Of a stretch of DNA of 4,427 bases, positions 1 to 4,427 are shown piece by piece (the first letter of the stretch is position 1; each line of letters opens with the position of its first letter). The notes under the pieces were generated by a model. It ran no database searches. It saw only the letters and a list, made by a program, of their open reading frames with translations, and was not told the origin of the DNA. The position numbers and the translations under genes were made by a program. The stretch lies in IMG/VR virus record IMGVR_UViG_2547132269_000006, one strand, 5' to 3'. This DNA comes from a virus. Lineage: Duplodnaviria > Heunggongvirae > Uroviricota > Caudoviricetes.

Positions 1-184
1 TCGGGCTGGCTACTTAACCCCTGACCACTGTCTGGTAACTCGAAGTATTGCCCTGCGTTCTGTGGGGCGGGGTGGGTTTATGGATACAATTCACAAATTA
101 AAATTTAACTGGTCAACATGTTTATTATTAAATTTGTAATTGCGAGCTGTTGCATCAGTCCCAAAATGGGACTACTATACAGTT

Positions 185-487
185 ATGAAGATTATCTCAG
201 TTAAAACACTCAGGGATTTTTGGGCGGAGAATCTTGATGCAGAACAACCGCTAAGGGCATGGGGGGATGAGGCGGCAAAAGCTGACTGGAAAAGCCCAGC
301 AGACATTAAGGCACAATACCGAACGGCCAGTATATTGAAAAACCGGCGCGTGGTATTCAACATAAAAGGTAATCATTACCGTTTAATTGTTGCAATTGCG
401 TATCAGCGAGGATGGGTATTTGTTAAATTCATCGGAAACCACAAGGAATACGATGCTATTGATGCTGATACCATCAAACTGGAGTAA
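185..487 (+). CDS. higB: HigB-family type II toxin (RelE/ParE-fold mRNA interferase), 100 aa
   Basis: ATG at 185 gives MKIISVKTL..., which resembles the N-terminus and the core VFNIKGNHYRLIVA...HKEYD motif of E. coli HigB (YgjN) as I recall it. Stop TAA at 485-487 lies 2 nt before the next ATG, with the toxin first and an HTH antitoxin second, as in HigBA. The TTG at 140 in the ORF track adds 15 residues with no family support. No clear SD precedes 185. Confidence 0.85.
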   Translation: MKIISVKTLRDFWAENLDAEQPLRAWGDEAAKADWKSPADIKAQYRTASILKNRRVVFNIKGNHYRLIVAIAYQRGWVFVKFIGNHKEYDAIDADTIKLE

Positions 488-489
488 GC

Positions 490-849
490 ATGAACATCAA
501 ACCTATTCGTACAGAGCAAGATTATGAAGCCGCGTTGCGTGCTGTTGAACCCATGTTCGACAATGAGCCCGAAATTGACACGCCTGAGGGGGATTTTTTT
601 GAGGTGATGTGTTTGCTAATAGAGGAATATGAAAAAAAACATTATCCCATTGAGCCACCATCCCCAATTGAAGCTATAAGATTTCGCATGGAACAGCAGG
701 GGCTGACTGTGAAAGATTTGGAACCCGCAATTGGGAAAAAAAATCGGGTTTATGAGGTGTTGAATGGTACCAGAAGCCTTACGTTACCAATGATTCGCCG
801 TCTTCATAATCAATTTGGTATCCCCCTGGAAAGCCTGGTTGGATTATAA
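490..849 (+). CDS. higA: HigA-family antitoxin, XRE-type HTH DNA-binding protein, 119 aa
   Basis: GGAG at 481-484 sits 5 nt upstream of ATG 490. The C-terminal LTVKDLEPAIGKKNRVYEVLNGTRSLTLPMIRRLHNQFGIP resembles the HTH region of E. coli HigA (YgjM) from memory. It is tightly coupled to the upstream toxin gene. Confidence 0.85.
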   Translation: MNIKPIRTEQDYEAALRAVEPMFDNEPEIDTPEGDFFEVMCLLIEEYEKKHYPIEPPSPIEAIRFRMEQQGLTVKDLEPAIGKKNRVYEVLNGTRSLTLPMIRRLHNQFGIPLESLVGL

Positions 850-864
850 AATCTGCTAGTCATT

Positions 865-913
865 TGCCTGATGCTCGTTCCAGAAAAGGAATGCATCAGG
901 CAGTTTTGTTTTT
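865..913 (+). terminator. Putative intrinsic terminator for the higBA transcript, placed between convergent genes
   Basis: Perfect 10-bp inverted repeat TGCCTGATGC (865-874) / GCATCAGGCA (893-902) with an 18-nt loop that can pair internally (TTCC/GGAA), followed on the + strand by GTTTTGTTTTT (903-913). The right arm overlaps the last codons and stop (896-898) of the minus-strand repressor gene. No U-tract follows on the minus strand. Confidence 0.5.
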
Positions 914-1288
914 CTGCCGCAGTAACTCTTCAAGTTTCCGTTTATAGAAATCGCGTTTTTGCTCCATATCACGAATGATCTGCTCTGCGTCGCTTTGAGG
1001 TAACTCATCTAAAAGCGATATGATTTTTCGTTGTTGTTCTGTAAGTTGCGGTTGGTTGTCATTACTGGATACAGCCATTTTATCGCCGAGAGTTTCTTCT
1101 TCCATAAAGAACCAATGGACGGGATGTTGTGAGAGCTCTGCTAATTTTTCCAGTTTATCCATTCTTGGCATCACGCCTTTCAACCAACCTTGCACGGATT
1201 GGGGTTTTACACCAAGACGTCTTCCCAGCTCTGACTGGTTTATATTCAATTCCTGCAACACCTGCTGAAGGCGTTTTACAAAGATCAT
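896..1288 (-). CDS. Prophage repressor, short CI/DicA/RacR-type XRE HTH protein without an S24 peptidase domain, 130 aa
   Basis: ATG at 1288 (minus) is preceded by GAGGGG at 6-7 nt spacing; the ORF-track start at 1294 is a GTG two codons upstream. The N-terminal HTH (QSELGRRLGVKPQSVQGW) and an acidic/basic helical C-terminus (LLDELPQSDAEQIIRDMEQ...KRKLEELL) match DicA-like repressor architecture as I recall it. It is divergent from a Cro-like gene across an AT-rich operator region. Confidence 0.8.
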   Translation of the reverse strand: MIFVKRLQQVLQELNINQSELGRRLGVKPQSVQGWLKGVMPRMDKLEKLAELSQHPVHWFFMEEETLGDKMAVSSNDNQPQLTEQQRKIISLLDELPQSDAEQIIRDMEQKRDFYKRKLEELLRQKNKTA

Positions 1289-1426
1289 CACCACCCCTCG
1301 TAAACTAGTTCCGCGATCCTACAGAAAAAATTGATAAGTGGCATTACAAATAGAAGTTGAAATTTAAATTTAAATTTAAATTTAAATTTGTAATTATCGG
1401 TGTCATCGTAAAGTTCGGAGGGAAAC
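1289..1426. promoter_or_regulatory. Divergent promoter/operator region of the lysogeny switch (PRM-like leftward, PR-like rightward)
   Basis: A 138-bp AT-rich intergenic region lies between the divergent repressor and Cro-like genes. It contains inverted octamers ATTACAAA (1343-1350) / TTTGTAAT (1387-1394), the (AAATTT)5 tract, and a candidate rightward extended -10 TGtAATTAT (1389-1397) with a -35-like TTTAAA about 17 bp upstream. The promoter hexamer assignments are inference only. Confidence 0.6.
1360..1389. repeat. Perfect tandem hexamer repeat (AAATTT)x5, self-complementary
   Basis: Read directly: five uninterrupted AAATTT units from 1360 to 1389, bounded by G on both sides. Confidence 0.95.
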
Positions 1427-1687
1427 ATGCAAAAAAGTACTCAAGTGAAAATCCTGTCAATAATGAGCCAATCAGAATTAGGGCGTCGTCTTGGTAAAAC
1501 ACCGCAAACCATAAGTGGGTGGTTTAAAAAACGAGTGCCAGCGGAGGAGGTTATACCAGCATGTGAGGCGCTTGACTGGGGAGTAACTCCGCATGAATTG
1601 CGCCCTGATAAATACCCTAATCCAACCGATGGTTTACCTGTTGAGTATCAGGCTAACGCACAAGCAGCGGCGGGAGTTGATTCATGA
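1427..1687 (+). CDS. ydaS: Cro-like HTH regulator, YdaS family, 86 aa
   Basis: GGAGGG sits 6 nt upstream of ATG 1427. The HTH (SQSELGRRLGKTPQTISGW) is followed by a ...TPHELRPDKYP motif that I associate with YdaS/Cro-like proteins. It is the first gene of the rightward operon, opposite the repressor, and its stop overlaps the next start (ATGA at 1684-1687). The symbol is assigned by family resemblance and synteny with Rac racR-ydaS-ydaT. Confidence 0.75.
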   Translation: MQKSTQVKILSIMSQSELGRRLGKTPQTISGWFKKRVPAEEVIPACEALDWGVTPHELRPDKYPNPTDGLPVEYQANAQAAAGVDS

Positions 1688-2121
1688 AAATCAAGCATGA
1701 GCACATCCGCATGGCGATGAATGCGTGGCTGCTTTATCCGAGGGTAGGGCGCAAAAAAATCGCTGATGATATAGCGACAGCATATTTTGAGCTTGAAATG
1801 ACTTATCCACCAATGCATGACACCTCTACGACAGAGGGTATTGGATTGAACATACAAAATATTTTTCGCTGGCTTGAAAAGGATACGCCTGATGCTGTTG
1901 AAAAAATTCAGGCACTAATTCCAGCTATCCTGACTGTTCTTCCGCGTGAACTGCGTTATCACCTCAGTATTTTTGACACTGTTGAGCGCCGTGCATTACT
2001 GGCGGCCCAGGAAGCGTTGAGCACGGCAATTGATGCGCATGATGATGCAGTCCAGGCAGTTTACCGGAAAGCGTATTTCAGCGACGGCGGGTCATCCGGC
2101 GAGTCTGTTGTGGTGCATTGA
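1684..2121 (+). CDS. ydaT: CII-like regulator, YdaT family, 145 aa
   Basis: The N-terminus MKIKHEHI... and the internal QNIFRWL...LIPAIL..LPRE motif match my recollection of YdaT. The start is translationally coupled to the Cro-like gene (ATGA overlap), with GGGAG 7 nt upstream. Confidence 0.8.
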   Translation: MKIKHEHIRMAMNAWLLYPRVGRKKIADDIATAYFELEMTYPPMHDTSTTEGIGLNIQNIFRWLEKDTPDAVEKIQALIPAILTVLPRELRYHLSIFDTVERRALLAAQEALSTAIDAHDDAVQAVYRKAYFSDGGSSGESVVVH

Positions 2122-2141
2122 TATTTATGCCAGACCCCTGC

Positions 2142-2174
2142 TGATTCTGTTGATTGGGGAATCACAGAATATCA
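2142..2174. promoter_or_regulatory. Overlapping inverted repeats in the 89-bp gap between the CII-like and O-like genes
   Basis: ATTCTGT (2144-2150) pairs with ACAGAAT (2164-2170), and inside it TGATT (2151-2155) / AATCA (2160-2164) flank GGGG. There is no downstream T-tract, so this is more likely a protein-binding site or weak attenuator than an intrinsic terminator. Confidence 0.3.
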
Positions 2175-2210
2175 CCAGAGGATGGTTCGTCACAAGATGA
2201 TGAGGCAATT

Positions 2211-3221
2211 ATGGCCGCATTACCATACATGCAACTGTACATAGCTGATTACCTGGCTGACACCATGCATTTGTCCGCAGAGGAGCACGGTGCGTATTTG
2301 TTGCTGATGTTCAATTACTGGCAAACAGGGAAACCAATACCTAAAAACAGGCTGGCAAAAATTTCCCGTCTGACTAACGAGCGATGGGCTGATGTGGAAC
2401 CATCCTTGCGGGAGTTTTTTTGCGATAACGGCGATGAATGGGTGCATCTTCGGATTGAGGAAGATCTGGCATCAGTCAGGGAAAAATTGACCAAAAAATC
2501 AGCCGCCGGAAAAGCATCTGTTCAGGCCAGAAGAAGCAGAAAGGAAGCATATGTTCAAACAAAACAAGAGAGAGATTTAACAGGTGTTCAAACAAATGTT
2601 GGTGTTGTGTTTGAACATGACGCAAACACAAAAGCAACTAATAAAGATACAGATCTAAAAGAATTAAACCCCACACATAACGTGCGTGAACGCGAGAGTA
2701 TTCCGACCAGTGAGTCGCATGGTGCGCCGTTGCAGACAGCCGAACCTGAATACCTGGACGGCCTGAGCGAACCGATCGGGAAATTTTCGATGACTACTGT
2801 CTGGCAGCCGTCGCCGGATTTTCGACAACGGGCAGCAGTGTGGGGTATGGCTCTGCCTGAGCCGGAATTTACACCTGCTGAGCTTGCCGCATTCCGGGAT
2901 TACTGGATGGCGGAGGGGAAGGTTTTCACGCAGGTTCAGTGGGAGCAGAAATTTGCCCGCCACGTGCAGCACGTCAGGGCACAGGTAAAACCAGTCAGCA
3001 AGGGGGTAAGCCATGCAGCATCAGGTGGCACGGCATCACGGGCAGTTCAGGAAATCCGGGCAGCACGCGAACAGTGGGAACGTGAAAACGGATTTATCAG
3101 CAACGGAAACGGCCTGGAAGCTGTGGGAGCTTATGGGGGAGGTGTATTCGAACCGCTGGACTCAGAAGAACGGGGCCGCACCTTCGAAGCTCTGGATTGC
3201 CCAGATTGGTGCGATGACTGA
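2211..3221 (+). CDS. Phage replication initiator (O-like): DUF1376-type N-terminal domain plus DnaT-like C-terminal domain, 336 aa
   Basis: ATG 2211 has GAGG 5 nt upstream. The N-terminus (YMQLYIADYLADTMHLSAEEHGAYLLLMFNYW) fits the DUF1376/YdaU pattern. The C-terminal GKFSMTTVWQPSPDFRQRAAVWGMALPEPEFTPAELAAFRDYWMAEGKVFTQVQWEQKFARHVQ closely parallels the E. coli DnaT C-terminal domain as I recall it. Codon usage in the last 70 codons is good (all Leu CTG, all Glu GAA). The TTG at 2154 is an unsupported extension. Confidence 0.8.
   Translation: MAALPYMQLYIADYLADTMHLSAEEHGAYLLLMFNYWQTGKPIPKNRLAKISRLTNERWADVEPSLREFFCDNGDEWVHLRIEEDLASVREKLTKKSAAGKASVQARRSRKEAYVQTKQERDLTGVQTNVGVVFEHDANTKATNKDTDLKELNPTHNVRERESIPTSESHGAPLQTAEPEYLDGLSEPIGKFSMTTVWQPSPDFRQRAAVWGMALPEPEFTPAELAAFRDYWMAEGKVFTQVQWEQKFARHVQHVRAQVKPVSKGVSHAASGGTASRAVQEIRAAREQWERENGFISNGNGLEAVGAYGGGVFEPLDSEERGRTFEALDCPDWCDD
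2550..2635. repeat. Iteron-like repeats inside the O-like gene linker, a candidate replication origin
   Basis: TGTTCAAACAAA occurs exactly at 2552-2563 and 2585-2596, an inverted copy TGTTTGAACA lies at 2608-2617, and a related CAAACACAAAA at 2623-2633. An AT-rich stretch follows (2637-2669). The position between the two initiator domains mirrors ori-lambda inside gene O. Confidence 0.4.
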
Positions 3222-3675
3222 ACAGCAAATCCGTCTGGTCTGCCGTCAGTGCATGGACCGCTGCCGGGCGGGTGAAACGTGGCCCCCGGACCTGGCTGAG
3301 TTTGTTGCGCTGATTTCGGAGAGTGGGGCAAATCCATTTGGTCTTACGGTGGATGCCGTGATGGAAGAGTACCGGCGCTGGCGCAATGAATCCTGGCGAT
3401 ACGACGGGAGTGATAAATACCCGTGGCCACAGCCTGTGCTGTACCACATCTGCCTCGAAATGCGTACCAGAGGGATTGAGCGCCAGATGACGCAGGGTGA
3501 GTTAAAACGACTTGCGGAACGGCAACTGACGAAATGGGCAAAGCATGTTGGTAACGGGATGAGTGTTCCGCCAGTGCGACGACAACTGGAAGGGGCGAAA
3601 CACCCGCAAGGGCCAACGCCAATTGAACGGCTGAAACAGGAATACGAACGCCGGAAGGCAGCTGGTTTTCTTTGA
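3214..3675 (+). CDS. Lambda-P-like replication protein (DnaB helicase loader family), 153 aa
   Basis: The sequence resembles the C-terminal two thirds of lambda P as I recall it (PPDLAEFVA vs PSPGQFVAW; a shared YPW motif; TQGELKRLAERQL vs TDAELRRKAADEL). ATG 3214 overlaps the O-like stop (ATGACTGA), which suggests translational coupling. An upstream in-frame ATG at 3013 with a GGGGG SD exists, but that frame has poor codon usage within the overlap. Confidence 0.7.
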   Translation: MTEQQIRLVCRQCMDRCRAGETWPPDLAEFVALISESGANPFGLTVDAVMEEYRRWRNESWRYDGSDKYPWPQPVLYHICLEMRTRGIERQMTQGELKRLAERQLTKWAKHVGNGMSVPPVRRQLEGAKHPQGPTPIERLKQEYERRKAAGFL

Positions 3676-3708
3676 ATCTGAGAAACGATTTTGTCGGAGG
3701 AAATTTTA

Positions 3709-4227
3709 ATGGAAACCGTATTTGACGCACTGAAAGCACTGAAAAGAGCCTCTTCACAGGTAGTGGCGGCCCGCCTTGGAATCAGCCGTGAAGATGCGGT
3801 CAACGAACTGTGGAAACTGAAGCGCCGCGGTGAAGCGGATAACAAGGGGTCGATGTGGTGGCTGATTCAGGCTGGTGAAAGTGAACCGGTGTCACCGGTA
3901 CCGAAAGTGACAGCGCAAATGCTGACTGAGGCGATTGAACAACATGGCCCACAAACGGCGGATGAGCTGGCACTGATGTTCGGGATTACCTCCCGCCGGG
4001 CGAATTCATCGCTGGCCATGGCAATCAGCAAAGGGCGTCTGATTCGCGTGAATCAGGGCGGTAAATTTCGTTACTGCATACCGGGCGCTGATTTACCGGC
4101 AGAGCCGGAAGCTGCATCCGTAGCGGAAACCGATGGTAAAGCCTTTCCTCAGCCAGCAGGTGTTGCGTTACCAGTTCGGGAAGCAGAAACGCTACGGCCT
4201 TCGATATGGACATCCGATAAATGCTGA
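3709..4227 (+). CDS. Hypothetical phage protein with two tandem winged-helix-like modules, 172 aa
   Basis: GGAGG sits 8 nt upstream of ATG 3709; the TTG at 3691 in the ORF track is less likely. Two repeats of a helix-turn-helix plus wing pattern are visible ([37 protein letters not shown]...MWWL and [43 protein letters not shown]). This may correspond to a DUF1627-type protein, but I cannot confirm the family. Confidence 0.7.
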   Translation: METVFDALKALKRASSQVVAARLGISREDAVNELWKLKRRGEADNKGSMWWLIQAGESEPVSPVPKVTAQMLTEAIEQHGPQTADELALMFGITSRRANSSLAMAISKGRLIRVNQGGKFRYCIPGADLPAEPEAASVAETDGKAFPQPAGVALPVREAETLRPSIWTSDKC

Positions 4228-4240
4228 TGAGCGCCACGTC

Positions 4241-4354
4241 ATGATACCTAAAGAAAATGGCTGCTGGATTTATCTGGCTGATTTAGAGCACGTACTACGT
4301 GTTGCTGGTATTCGCATCAAAGGAGAGGAGCATGGAAATCAAACCAGAAGATGA
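4241..4354 (+). CDS. Possible small protein, 37 aa
   Basis: ATG 4241 lies 13 nt after the upstream stop. It is the only non-overlapping part of the 4133..4354 ORF. There is no convincing SD, and the 3' end overlaps the next start by 23 nt. Confidence 0.2.
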   Translation: MIPKENGCWIYLADLEHVLRVAGIRIKGEEHGNQTRR

Positions 4355-4427
4355 GTTAAGTAATATTGTTTTATTTCCGGTAAAAGAGGATGACCCACGT
4401 AATCAGGTTAATTTTCTTTATGAGCCA
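4332..4427 (+). CDS. Hypothetical protein, 5' partial view (gene runs off the window end)
   Basis: A strong SD (AGGAGAGGAG) lies immediately upstream of ATG 4332. The frame is open to the window end (MEIKPEDELSNIVLFPVKEDDPRNQVNFLYEP...). No family recognised. Confidence 0.45.
   Translation, partial: MEIKPEDELSNIVLFPVKEDDPRNQVNFLYEP

Noticed and set aside
2-139. Open + strand frame running from the window start to the TAA at 137-139, possibly the 3' end of an upstream gene
   Set aside because: The translation has no recognisable features, and the stretch is more plausibly the AT-rich regulatory region upstream of higB. It cannot be supported without upstream sequence.
140-184. TTG-initiated 15-codon extension of the higB ORF (ORF track start 140)
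   Set aside because: The in-frame ATG at 185 gives an N-terminus (MKIISVKTL) that matches HigB-family proteins. The extension lies in the AT-rich promoter-like region and has no RBS.
1289-1294. GTG start two codons upstream of the repressor ATG
   Set aside because: GAGGGG is spaced optimally for ATG 1288 and would be too close to the GTG at 1294.
1360-1389. Possible CRISPR-like or mobile-element repeat
   Set aside because: It is a simple hexamer microsatellite with no spacers. No terminal inverted repeats or transposase were seen anywhere in the window.
1803-1811. DnaA-box-like TTATCCACC inside the ydaT-like gene
   Set aside because: A single 8/9 match inside a coding sequence with no cluster. 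Chance occurrence is likely.
2154-2210. TTG-initiated extension of the O-like ORF
   Set aside because: The DUF1376-like domain begins right after ATG 2211, which has a GAGG SD. The extension also overlaps the palindromic intergenic element.
175-3014. Other embedded ORFs from the track: 175..363(-), 1020..1268(+), 1648..1857(-), 2220..2447(-), 2664..3014(-)
   Set aside because: Each lies wholly inside a well-supported gene on the opposite strand and shows no recognisable domain or RBS.
3013-3213. Long N-terminal extension of the P-like ORF with a GGGGG SD
   Set aside because: Codon usage in this frame is poor (AGG, four GGG, Trp codons generated by CTG-G of the other frame), while the overlapping initiator frame looks genuinely coding. 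Kept as an alternative in the findings.
3097-3845. Four minus-strand ORFs (116, 68, 199 and 137 aa) antisense to the P-like gene and its neighbours
   Set aside because: They are antisense within a GC-richer coding region, with low-complexity Ser/Arg/Pro-rich translations and no RBS or family resemblance. Typical shadow ORFs.
4025-4240. ORF 4025..4237(-) and the 5' part of ORF 4133..4354(+)
   Set aside because: Both overlap the 3' end of the well-initiated 3709..4227 gene out of frame. Only the non-overlapping 4241..4354 segment was kept, at low confidence.

Overview
This window looks like the immunity and early-replication region of a lambdoid (Rac-like) prophage from an enterobacterial genome. 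Left to right: a higB-higA type II toxin-antitoxin pair (+), a convergent short CI/DicA-type HTH repressor (-), and an AT-rich divergent promoter/operator region containing a perfect (AAATTT)x5 tract. A rightward operon follows: Cro-like (YdaS-family) and CII-like (YdaT-family) regulators, an O-like replication initiator (DUF1376 N-terminus, DnaT-like C-terminus) with iteron-like repeats in its linker, a lambda-P-like helicase loader, a tandem winged-helix protein and the start of a further gene. I saw no rRNA, tRNA, CRISPR array, transposase or integrase. All product calls rest on recalled family resemblance, gene order and start/stop/RBS context read from the sequence; no database search was run. 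The most interesting points are the toxin-antitoxin pair sitting where lambda carries rexAB, a 14-bp exact repeat linking the higB upstream region to the phage operator region, and the hexamer microsatellite inside the lysogeny-switch promoters.
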